DNA of 16,350 bases, from contig JALTLO010000102.1 of the NCBI GenBank assembly GCA_027001995.1, positions 1 through 16,350 on the forward strand, in the 5' to 3' direction. Within the stretch, counting starts at the first letter, position 1. The number at the start of each line of letters is the position of its first letter. A program made the translations under genes and the position numbers. The notes beneath the pieces were generated by a model. That model was not told the DNA's origin. It saw only the letters and a program-made list of their open reading frames with translations, and did no database searches. Below, piece by piece: positions 6,357 to 15,500 of the stretch. The DNA is from Planctomycetota bacterium (GTDB taxonomy: Bacteria > Planctomycetota > GCA-002687715 > DRQF01).

Positions 6357-8234
6357 TTGAAGGAAAAGACCGTTGAGCAGGACCATTATCGAGCTTCTGA
6401 ATGGGGCCAGGGATTCTTTCGGATCGACGGGGAAGGTTTCCTGCGTGTCTTTCCTCGTGGAGACGACGAACACTCTGTCAAGCTACAGAGTGTTGTTGAG
6501 AACTTAGCTCAGACCCATGTTGATACACCTCTGGTCGTACGGTTTCCGCAAATCCTGCTCAGCCGGCAAAAGCGTATTCGGGATGCTTTTTTGACGGCCA
6601 TTGACGAATATGGCTATCAGGCGACCTATCAAGGGGTTTTTCCAGTCAAAGTGAACCACAACCGCATCGTGGTGGATACTTTGGTTCAGGGTGGTAAAGA
6701 TCATGACTTTGGCCTGGAGGTGGGGTCGAAAGCCGAACTCTGCTTAGGGTTGACCTACGATCTGAGTTCTGGCGCATTCCTGGTCTGCAATGGTTTTAAG
6801 GACCGGGCATACTTAAGGCTTGCGTGTTTGGCATCGCAGGCTGGCCGCCCGATTCTGCTCATCGCTGAAAATCCTCAAGAAGTGTCAGACATCATCGAAA
6901 TCGGTGAATCTGTTGGGCATATGCCTATGCTGGGGTTTCGGGCTAGACTTCATGCTCAGGGGAGTGGCCGTTGGTTGGAGTCGTCTGGCCACAAAGGTAA
7001 ATTCGGCTTGTCCACCATGGCGATTCTGGAAGGAATGGAGGCTGTGAAGCGGGCCGGTTTTGCGAGCCGTTTGGTGGCGCTTCATTTTCATATCGGATCT
7101 CAAGTTTCAGATATCCTCAACATCAAAAGAGCAATCAAAGAAGCTTCTCGTTTGTTTGCGGCCATGAAGCAGAAAGCACCGAGTCTTCGAGTTCTTGATT
7201 TGGGCGGTGGCATGGGCGTTGACTACGATGGCAGCCGTACCGCCACGGATTGGAGCGTCAATTATTCGATCGAGGAATATGCTCGAGACGCAGTCTATAT
7301 GGTCAAGGAGATCTGCGATGAAGCGGAAGTCTCTGCGCCTATTCTCGTTTCTGAAAGTGGCCGGGCTTTGTGTGCATCCCACGCCGTTTTCGTTCTTTCA
7401 TCTTTGCGCGTCATTGGCGAGCATGAATCCAGGGACTACACCCATCATCGGACGACGGCGAACCAGATTGATGACCTGAAAGCTACTTTGTCAGAAGTCA
7501 ATGAGAGCAATTTTCGAGAAGCTGTCCACGATGCGACACAATTGCTCAATGAGCTGCTTTCCGGTTTTCGCTTGGGTTATGTGACCATGGATGAACGGGC
7601 TGTAGGCGAATGTCTGTATCGAGATATTTGCACCAAGGTTCGTAGTTTGATGATTGTGGAGCACAAACGAACAGACGACTTGGTTGATCTCGAAAAGCAA
7701 CTGGCCCCTAAGGTTGTTTGCAATTTCTCGGTTTTCATGTCGGCCCCAGATAGTTGGGCAGTGCAGCAGCTCTTCCCCATTTGCCCTTTGGCCCGAGCAG
7801 ACGAATCTCGTCGTTGGGCTGCAACCATTGGTGACATCACCTGCGACAGTGACGGCAAGCTCGATCGCTTTATCGGCAAGCGGGGTGTTGAACCCTATAT
7901 TCGATTGCCAGAGCCGGTAGAAGGGGAGCCCTACCACGTTGGCATGTTCTTAACAGGAGCATATCAAGATGTATTGGGCGACTATCACAATCTCTTCGGC
8001 ACGGTCAATGAGGTGGTCGTTGAACTGGACGAAGAGAACAAACCACACATTAAGACTGTCGTAGACGCTGCTACCGTGGAGCATTCCTTAGAACAGTTTG
8101 GCTTTTCATTTTCGGAGTTGGCTCAACGCTTCATGAAAGTCGAAGGACTGGAAGATGGAGGTGGGATCGACAGTACTTACCAGGATGCCTTTTTCAAAGT
8201 GCTAAAAGGTAATACCTATCTAAACAAGATTTAG
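6357..8234 (+). CDS. speA: Biosynthetic arginine decarboxylase (PLP, fold type III)
   Basis: GVFPVKVN (PLP lysine), GLEVGSKAEL, CNGFKD, GKFGL, LHFHIGSQ, DLGGGMGVDYDGS, SESGRA, DITCDSDGK, GAYQDVLGDYHNLFG. TTG 6357 preferred (GGAG 6346-6349; TG-N-TACTAT extended -10 at 6322-6330); track start 6264. Confidence 0.96.
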   Translation: MKEKTVEQDHYRASEWGQGFFRIDGEGFLRVFPRGDDEHSVKLQSVVENLAQTHVDTPLVVRFPQILLSRQKRIRDAFLTAIDEYGYQATYQGVFPVKVNHNRIVVDTLVQGGKDHDFGLEVGSKAELCLGLTYDLSSGAFLVCNGFKDRAYLRLACLASQAGRPILLIAENPQEVSDIIEIGESVGHMPMLGFRARLHAQGSGRWLESSGHKGKFGLSTMAILEGMEAVKRAGFASRLVALHFHIGSQVSDILNIKRAIKEASRLFAAMKQKAPSLRVLDLGGGMGVDYDGSRTATDWSVNYSIEEYARDAVYMVKEICDEAEVSAPILVSESGRALCASHAVFVLSSLRVIGEHESRDYTHHRTTANQIDDLKATLSEVNESNFREAVHDATQLLNELLSGFRLGYVTMDERAVGECLYRDICTKVRSLMIVEHKRTDDLVDLEKQLAPKVVCNFSVFMSAPDSWAVQQLFPICPLARADESRRWAATIGDITCDSDGKLDRFIGKRGVEPYIRLPEPVEGEPYHVGMFLTGAYQDVLGDYHNLFGTVNEVVVELDEENKPHIKTVVDAATVEHSLEQFGFSFSELAQRFMKVEGLEDGGGIDSTYQDAFFKVLKGNTYLNKI

Positions 8235-8255
8235 CTTATCAATTGGAGTATAGAA

Positions 8256-8660
8256 ATGAATGACATCACCATCGATCTGGCCCACAAAGCCTTGGAAGCC
8301 GCAATCAACAGAGCTGAAGAAATCGGAGCCAAAATGAACATCGCCATTGTTGGCGTTGGGGCAAACTTGAAAGCTTTTGCTCGCATGGACGGTGCCTGGC
8401 TAGGCTCAATCGATATCGCCATGAAAAAAGCCAAGACTGCTCGCTACTTTGACATGAATACCGGCGCCATCGGCGCACTCTCTCAACCGGGGCAACCTCT
8501 CTACAACATTGAGCATTCCAATGGCGGTCTCATTTCTTTCCCCGGTGGTATCCCCATTGTCTCCGGCGATGGATCTGTCATCGGAGCTGTTGGCGTTTCT
8601 GGCAGCTCCGTGGAAGATGACCACGATGTCGCCTCCGCAGCAGTCGCCGCTGTCAGTTAG
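8256..8660 (+). CDS. GlcG/HbpS-family heme-binding protein
   Basis: [48 protein letters not shown]...DHDVA motifs; GGAG RBS; 21 nt after speA. Confidence 0.92.
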   Translation: MNDITIDLAHKALEAAINRAEEIGAKMNIAIVGVGANLKAFARMDGAWLGSIDIAMKKAKTARYFDMNTGAIGALSQPGQPLYNIEHSNGGLISFPGGIPIVSGDGSVIGAVGVSGSSVEDDHDVASAAVAAVS

Positions 8661-8668
8661 ACCAAGAG

Positions 8669-8718
8669 CCGTTTTCATGAACGGACTGGGATCATGGGCG
8701 AATCAACCATGGTCCCAG
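8669..8718. other. Two adjacent hairpins after the GlcG-family gene (possible terminator or 3' stabilising structure)
   Basis: CCGTT/AACGG 8669-8684; CTGGGATCATGG 8686-8697 / CCATGGTCCCAG 8707-8718 (12 bp, one G-U); no U tract. Confidence 0.5.
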
Positions 8719-9031
8719 AAGTGCCCGGACACACCATTCGACGATGCCGTGCGGAACTGAAAACCACTGTCCTCAAGGGCAAGGAGCACAAGTTCCCTCT
8801 ACGATAAGAAAACTCTCTGTACCTTCAGTGAAAGTGAGGCTGGTTTCAGTGAATTTTGAAGCGGCCAATGGATGTTGGACATCAACTGTGAAGGGAGCTG
8901 CTCCTGATGTTGGACTTAGGAGCCAACGAATTGTGGTTTCTACTCGATGCAAATCCGTTGCTAAGCCGTGGTGGGACAGGGGTTTCTTGGCTTCTATGAT
9001 AGATCGTCGAAATTCGTAGGGGGATTTCTTC

Positions 9032-9061
9032 TTGCATACCTCCCATTCTCAGGTGTACGCT
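9032..9061 (+). promoter_or_regulatory. Possible sigma70-type promoter for the secreted-protein pair
   Basis: TTGCAT-N18-TACGCT, 60 nt upstream of ATG 9122. Confidence 0.3.
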
Positions 9062-9131
9062 CTCTCATAGGTATTCGGAAAGAATTAGCGCCATAGTTTG
9101 CTTGTTCGAGAGGAAAAAATCATGAAACTCT

Positions 9132-10502
9132 TTGCTTCTTTGTGAAGGCTTGAATGCCCAGGGCACTCCATGTCCCGGAAGGAATGATGACAATTTTAAC
9201 ACTGGGACCTGTTGTTCGAATGTCACCCCCGACTATGTCTTTCCTGCTGAATTTCCTCCGAACGGTATCATGAACTCTGGCTCCTATGCTTGCATTGAGA
9301 ATTGCGAATCGGTCACTTCCTTTGACACCACAGTGTTGCTACAGATGTTTCCTCATCCTGGTGTTAATGTCTTTTCAAACGGCCAGCCTGCTTGCGATGA
9401 AGTCGCCTTTGTTCTTCAAGTCCAAGAAACGAGTACTCCGGTCCCTGCGTTTAGCTTTTCCGTTGGTACCAACCCACCTGTAAATAATGTGCGTGGCAGT
9501 TTTCTCTCCGGTAAATATATGCGCACTTGGGTGACCATCGACGGGGATGGTTTCGTCCATCAATTTTGGCGTTTCCTCGTTTCGGGAGATGCGGTTTGGC
9601 AAAGTGGAGCGCGCCCCTGCCCAATCCCTCTTTGTGTTTCGACGTTCCAAGTGATGTCTATGCATGGCCATATTGATATCGAATGTACAGCCTTCAACCC
9701 TCACCTCGGGGAATACGGCTGGAGTTTCAACACTCAACTCACGCATTACGATGGTTGCTTGTCTCATATTAACATTCCTCAGAATCCCAGGAATTTGCCA
9801 CCATCACCCCCGAGGCATGATGGGATGTCCTATCACTTTGTGGCACCAGGTGGTTTTAGTTGGTTAGCGAATCCACCAGCTGCATCAGACCTCAATACGG
9901 CATCAAATCTTGATGCACTTCGTAGTACGGTGTCGCACATAACAACGACAATGGGCCAACCACCGCTCCAAGTGTGCCAATCAGAGGCAGCATTGCGCGC
10001 AGTGGGGTTGGCTGTTTCGGTGACATGTGCCTGTGGGCTACCCGGAGGTACCTATTACAATCAAAGTTGGCCTGGAGGTGGGCCCAATGACAATGCGGCC
10101 TTATGTCCATTGGGAGTCGAGTATCCCTGGTCGGCATTTCCTTTGGTCCCCGAGATTCCGACTGGCTTTGTTCAGCAGTACCTAGGAGAGTATCCTCCAT
10201 CGGTGGGAGTGCCCTACGTTTTGAGGGGTGTCAGGATCTTCTCCGTCATTGGCACGGTCAATTATGAAGACTTCTGTGACAAAAGGCCCCTTACTCAAAA
10301 GGAAACTACCCACGTTATTTTTGGGTCGAATCACATTTACGACCCTGAGCGCCAGAATGAGCCTATGCTGTTTGCGAGTTTTACGACTTTCGGCCCATCG
10401 ACGGACATGCTTTTGGACTTTGGCAATAATGTGACCGACATAGACGGCCTTCTCGCAGGGGAACCAGGTTGGACCAACATCTTATGGATGATCTCACGAT
10501 GA
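9132..10502 (+). CDS. Cys/Pro-rich secreted-type hypothetical protein; 5' leader appears frameshifted (possible pseudogene or assembly error)
   Basis: 456-codon ORF with 16 Cys and only 3 Lys. The RBS (GAGAGG 9108-9113) points to ATG 9122, which reads MKLFASL-stop in another frame; the long frame begins LLLCEGLNA/QG, like the end of a signal peptide. Confidence 0.8.
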   Translation: MLLCEGLNAQGTPCPGRNDDNFNTGTCCSNVTPDYVFPAEFPPNGIMNSGSYACIENCESVTSFDTTVLLQMFPHPGVNVFSNGQPACDEVAFVLQVQETSTPVPAFSFSVGTNPPVNNVRGSFLSGKYMRTWVTIDGDGFVHQFWRFLVSGDAVWQSGARPCPIPLCVSTFQVMSMHGHIDIECTAFNPHLGEYGWSFNTQLTHYDGCLSHINIPQNPRNLPPSPPRHDGMSYHFVAPGGFSWLANPPAASDLNTASNLDALRSTVSHITTTMGQPPLQVCQSEAALRAVGLAVSVTCACGLPGGTYYNQSWPGGGPNDNAALCPLGVEYPWSAFPLVPEIPTGFVQQYLGEYPPSVGVPYVLRGVRIFSVIGTVNYEDFCDKRPLTQKETTHVIFGSNHIYDPERQNEPMLFASFTTFGPSTDMLLDFGNNVTDIDGLLAGEPGWTNILWMISR

Positions 10503-12292
10503 ACAAAATTCGCATTTTTGTGGTGTGTTTGGGGTGCTGTGGTTTTTCACTGTTGGCGAAAGCCCAAAATACCTTCAACGTTCCCAGTGTGACCACACCC
10601 ACGATTCAATCAGCCATCGCACTTTCGGCTTCTGGTGACACTATCTTGGTTGCCGCCGGGACTTACCAAGAGAATCTCATTTGGCCGAACCATGACATTG
10701 TCATCTTAGGCGCTGGTATTGGTCAGAGTATTGTTGATGGTGGTTTGGTGGCACCTTGCGTGACTTACCCTGGGCCTTGCACCAATGCTTCGATCTTGGA
10801 CGGGTTTACCCTCAAGAAAGGCATGGGGGCACCCACGAACTACGGCTTCACGCCAGTTCCTGCCGGGGGAGGCCTTTACCTCAACAGCTTCGCGATTCCA
10901 GCACCGACTGTTCGCAACTGTGAGATCACCCAATGTGTGGCGAATCAAGCCGCGGCCATGTTGCTTTGGCGGGTGGGGTCGGCACAGTTTGAGAACTTAC
11001 ACATTCACGGTAATACGGTCTCCGCCATGGGATTGTCGGCCCCGAATATCATTGCCATTGATGTTTTTGCCCAAATTCAGCCTTTCCCGGCGGTCATACC
11101 TAGTTTTCGCAATTGTGTGATTGAGGGTCATAGCTACGTGCCGTCTCCCCCATCTCTTCTTGGCCGTTTGATTCATGTAAACAACGCGAGCATCCGCCTA
11201 AAAGGGTGTGAAATCAAGAACAACACGGTACCGGGTAGGATTATTGAACTGTCTCAAGCTGATCAAGTGATCATCGCTCAAAGTCGCTTCATTGGCAATA
11301 CGGTTGGTTCACCATTGTTGAATGGGAATGCAAATTCTTTGACGCTGAGGGATTGCCTCTTTTCGGGAAACAGTGGAGGAATAGGGGGCATCACCATTGG
11401 TCAAGGCACTGTTCTCAATTGTACGTTCGTAGGAAACCAAGGCCTCAATGTTCTTTTTGCTCCCGCTCCCTTTGTGATAGCAGGCAATTCAAACGCAAGC
11501 GTCACGAATTGTTTAATCTGGGACAACTATGATAGCAATGGTGCCGTGTTAGCAACACCGATCTTGGGCTCATCGGGAACACCTGCAATCACCAACAGCA
11601 ACATCCAAAACATGGGCGGAGTAGGAGTGGGAGGCATTGACGCAGATCCGCTCTTTGTTGATCCAGCCAATTCTGACTATCGTTTGCAGCCTGGGTCTCC
11701 TAGCCAAAACAGCGGTGCCAATAGCGGCAACTTTGTGTTGTCGGGGACGGACGTTCGCGGCTTGCCTCGGCTGCGACAAGGAGTGGTCGACATGGGATGC
11801 TATGAAAGCCAATCCATGGCTCACCATCCTGCAGCCAAAGGGCGCATTGGAGAACTCGTGGGTGGTCCTTACGACATTCTCGCCATCAACGGCACAGCCG
11901 GTGGCCCTTTGCGAAAAGTCGTCGTACCTTTGGGCTCGTCGTCAACCATGTCTATGCTTCAACCCTCCAATCTTCCTTTGCCCGCTAAGTTTGTGATTTT
12001 TGGTTTCCTCGGGGAAGCCAACTTTGACAGCGTTGTAAGCGTGCCCTTAGGCATTGGCAACATGATGTTTGCTCCTTCACCCTTAGTGCCACCATTCTTT
12101 CAGTCCATCTTCTTCATCTACACTGACAATTACAACACAGCTTCACCCCAGTTGGTCTCCTCCAACCCGACTCCATGGACCTCCGGTTTCGGCCCAACCA
12201 TTCCCTTTCCAATCACCCTCACCTTTCAAGGCGTCATAGAAGAATTAGGCACCTTTCGCCCAACGAACGCCATCATCTTCGAGGTGAAGTAG
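10499..12292 (+). CDS. Secreted right-handed parallel beta-helix (pectin lyase-like) protein with choice-of-anchor-Q-like segment and extra C-terminal domain
   Basis: ATGA overlap with the previous stop; signal peptide MNKIRIFVVCLGCCGFSLLAKA/Q; cap TIQSAIALSASGDTILVAAGTYQEN; repeats such as VRNCEITQC, LRDCLFSGN, VLNCTFVGN, VTNCLIWDN; DPLFVD...DYRLQPGSP...TDVRGLPR...VDMGCYE. Confidence 0.9.
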   Translation: MNKIRIFVVCLGCCGFSLLAKAQNTFNVPSVTTPTIQSAIALSASGDTILVAAGTYQENLIWPNHDIVILGAGIGQSIVDGGLVAPCVTYPGPCTNASILDGFTLKKGMGAPTNYGFTPVPAGGGLYLNSFAIPAPTVRNCEITQCVANQAAAMLLWRVGSAQFENLHIHGNTVSAMGLSAPNIIAIDVFAQIQPFPAVIPSFRNCVIEGHSYVPSPPSLLGRLIHVNNASIRLKGCEIKNNTVPGRIIELSQADQVIIAQSRFIGNTVGSPLLNGNANSLTLRDCLFSGNSGGIGGITIGQGTVLNCTFVGNQGLNVLFAPAPFVIAGNSNASVTNCLIWDNYDSNGAVLATPILGSSGTPAITNSNIQNMGGVGVGGIDADPLFVDPANSDYRLQPGSPSQNSGANSGNFVLSGTDVRGLPRLRQGVVDMGCYESQSMAHHPAAKGRIGELVGGPYDILAINGTAGGPLRKVVVPLGSSSTMSMLQPSNLPLPAKFVIFGFLGEANFDSVVSVPLGIGNMMFAPSPLVPPFFQSIFFIYTDNYNTASPQLVSSNPTPWTSGFGPTIPFPITLTFQGVIEELGTFRPTNAIIFEVK

Positions 12293-12380
12293 GGCAGGAG
12301 TTGCGTCATTCTTGCACCAATAGTCGGCCTATGGGAGTTCCTTTAGATTCAATGCGGCTTGGTGCTCCTTGATTCAATTG

Positions 12381-12410
12381 AATCCCCCGACTCAAAGGTC
12401 GGGGGATTTT
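12381..12410 (+). terminator. Rho-independent terminator between convergent genes
   Basis: Stem AATCCCCCGAC 12381-12391 / GTCGGGGGATT 12398-12408, with a T run to 12410. Confidence 0.85.
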
Positions 12411-12517
12411 CTTCGGAACTCTCTATAGAGACTCGTCGGATCATCGCTATTCATAGTCCTGGTGGTACTATTTTCGTTGCTACTTGGACTCACCAAGAGA
12501 ATCTTGGCTGGGCTTGA

Positions 12518-15500
12518 TCAATAGCTCAAGGAAACAACAGCATTGTGTGTGAGGAACCAGAGTTCGAAGCGTGGGGGCATTTCTTCGTCGGGGAATGTGC
12601 CTGCCACGGCGTCGCAGTAAGCAGACCCTTGGGCCCCGTATTTTTTGGCTCTGGCTGTCAGTTCTTCAACGTTGTTGAGCTGGTCCGTTTTGAAGTCCAC
12701 GACCACAAGTTGACCGGTTGCGGGGTCGCGGTAGAGCAGGTCAAGGGAGCCAACCACGTCTACTTCACCTTGCCGAACCAAAAGGGGGATCTCTCGGCCC
12801 AAGATTGAGGAAGAAAGACTTTGAAGCTTTGACAACAGGGGGCCTTCTTCCAGTATCTTGAGTCGGGCAGAGAAGGCCTCGCCGATGGCCTCTTGGTGGG
12901 TGGCAAACTCCTGACGGCTGAAGAAATGAGGCAGGGCTTGGAGAGATGACGCCAAATGTTCTTGGGTGCCTTCGTCAAGAGGGATGGTCTCCAAGATCCA
13001 GTGGATCGCTGTACCAAGATTGTTGGCAACTTGGCTTACACCCTCAGGCAGGGGGGCAGGCCACAAAAGAGCAGAGGTCTCGGTGAGTTTGGCGGTTGCT
13101 TGGCCCACATGGGTATGAGGCAAGGCGGAGGCATTTATGGGCGACTCAAGTGAGACAAAAGAAGCTGCAGCTTTTTGTCGTTTTTCTAACTCTTCTAAAT
13201 CTGCCCGGTATTTGGGTTTTTTTTCTCCTGTAGCAACTCTTACCTCGTGAGCTGCCAGTCTCTGATGGTCTGGGAGAATCCAAGAAACATGGGTTCCTTG
13301 GGAGCAATCCTTGACGGGATTGTCGAGGTCTTCATTCGCAGAGAGTGCTAACCATCCTTGGTAGACCCCTCGCCGGTGACGGAGCAGATCGACGATGTTA
13401 CTACACTTGTCTAATTCTTGGACTTCCTTCGAGTCTTCTGGCCAAAGGCCGCAGAGGACCAAACGGTGGGAGGCTCTGGTGACCGCCACGTAGAGGGCAC
13501 GAATGGTCTCTGCCCGGGATACGGCTTCATCATGTTGGGTTAAGTGATTGAATTCTGGGGTTTCTGCCCCAAAGAAACGGACACCCCATGTCCCCGGACG
13601 GTGCAAGACGCGATCTCCGGGAGAGCCTCCTCGATGCCCTTGGTGAAGGGCCACAAAATAGACATGGTCGAAATCAAGCCCTTTGGATTTGTGGACACTC
13701 ATGACGCGGACAGCGTCTGAAGTCTCGTCTCCTGGGGAGGCCTCTTCCATATCAATGGCCGCGACCATGTCAGAGCGAATGAGCCGAAGGGCTTCACCTC
13801 GCCCGAGATCTGGCCGAGCCAGCAAATCTTGGGCGAGATCGAAGAACCGTTGGATGTTTGCCAAACGATGGGTCCCCAGGAAACGTGCGCTTTCTTGAGC
13901 TTCAATGAGCAGCTGGCGTTTCAGCTTGGTGAAGAACAGGTCAACACTGTCGACTTGGAAGGATGCGCGCAAAAGTCCAATGTCGTGGATAGACTTCTTG
14001 AGCAAAAGAGCCCAGTTGGGAAGCCGTTCAATACCAGGAATGTTGCCCTGTGGAAGTCTGTCGACTTCATCGATTAGGGCGAGGATTTCATCGGTCAATT
14101 TGTCGTTTTGCCCATGGATGGCTGACAGCTTTTGGGGCAGGAAACGTTGCCATAGGGGCAAGAGCATCCCGTCTGGGACACCTACGAAGTTGGAACGAAG
14201 AAATCCCAACATGGCAACTTGGTCGAAAGGGTCCAGAATGGCCGTGAGAGCATTAGTGGCATCAATCACCTCACGACGCTTGTAGAATTGTTTGTCCTTT
14301 TCTACCAAGTAGGGAATGCCAAGATCTCGCAGAGCAGAGAGGTAGACCTCTTGTTGTGTTGTTGCCCTCATCAAGATTGCGAACGACGAAAAATCTTTTC
14401 CGTCTTGATGGTGAAGTTGGTGGATCTCCTGGGCGATGGCCGCCGCTTCGATGTGCCGGGCGCGATCGGCAGATGTTTTTGCTGCCAGCTTGTGGTCTTC
14501 TTCAGGGCGCCTGGGGAAGCGTGCCCAGGAGTTCCAGAATTCGATGGGCCGCCGACCGTGGGCATCTTGGTAGCAGTTATCTGATTTTGCTGCGGGACAA
14601 AGGAGCTTTTCGAACTCTGGCTGAAGACCCTCTTCAAATTGCATGACCGGCCCGACAATTCGCTCAACTTCATCGAGAATAGGGGGGTCGGAGCGAAAGT
14701 TGATACTCAAGGACCGTCGCTGGCCCCCGTGACTTTCGATCTCCCGAATGAAGGCGCCATAAGCTCCCAAGTCAGCTCCACGAAACCCGTAGATCGTTTG
14801 TTTGGGGTCACCAACGACAAAGAGGTTGGGGCCGTTGTCGCCTTCGAAGGCCAAACTCCGGACAATGTCGTATTGGAGGGGGTCGGTGTCTTGCACCTCA
14901 TCTACTAAGAGTTGGTCTATGCCTTCTTGCATCTTGCGAAGTACGTCTTCGTGGTCTCGAAGTAAGTTGCGACACTCCAACAAAAGGTTGTTGAACGTGA
15001 GGACTCCTTGCTGTCGAAGCCTTGTCCGCACTTGGGTCGTGAGTCGGAACAGAATGCGAAAGGCGGGACGCAAGATTTCTGGGTCCCAGGAGCTCACCGA
15101 CTTAAGGGCTGGTAGTAAATTCTTCGACAGATCCTGGAGATTCTCAGGATTGAGGGAGTTCTCCTCTAAGGCTCCTGACTCGGTCTTGTTGGGGCCTTTT
15201 TTTGCCCATTCGGTGATCTTCTTGTGGGTGCCATCCAAGTCAAGATCGGCCATAGATGCCAACAGCTCATCCGCAGACTTGGAGTTGGCGATTTTGTTGG
15301 CAATCTCGCCCAGGCTGAGGACACAATCTTTGGCCTTGTTGAGGTGTTTCTTTGTGGAAGTTGTCAGCGCTGGATGACAAAATTCAACAAACGTACGCAA
15401 CAAGTCGGCCAGATCTTTGGCAGTGGCGGCACATACATCGTCCGGGTAAGGGTCGGATTCCAAGAAGCTCGTTGGCAGATTTGCATTGATGACAAGAGAG

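Noticed and set aside
8744..9019. 91-aa + strand ORF in the intergenic region
   Set aside because: No clear RBS and no motif; it looks like a shadow of the opposite-strand frame.
9122..12292. Secreted-protein pair as a mobile island
   Set aside because: Looks slightly more AT-rich by eye, but there is no integrase, transposase, tRNA or flanking direct repeat.
6221..12423. GGAACTCTC after two terminators (near 6221 and 12415) as ECF -35 elements
   Set aside because: No shared -10 element at a fixed spacing, and the second copy has no downstream gene on that strand.
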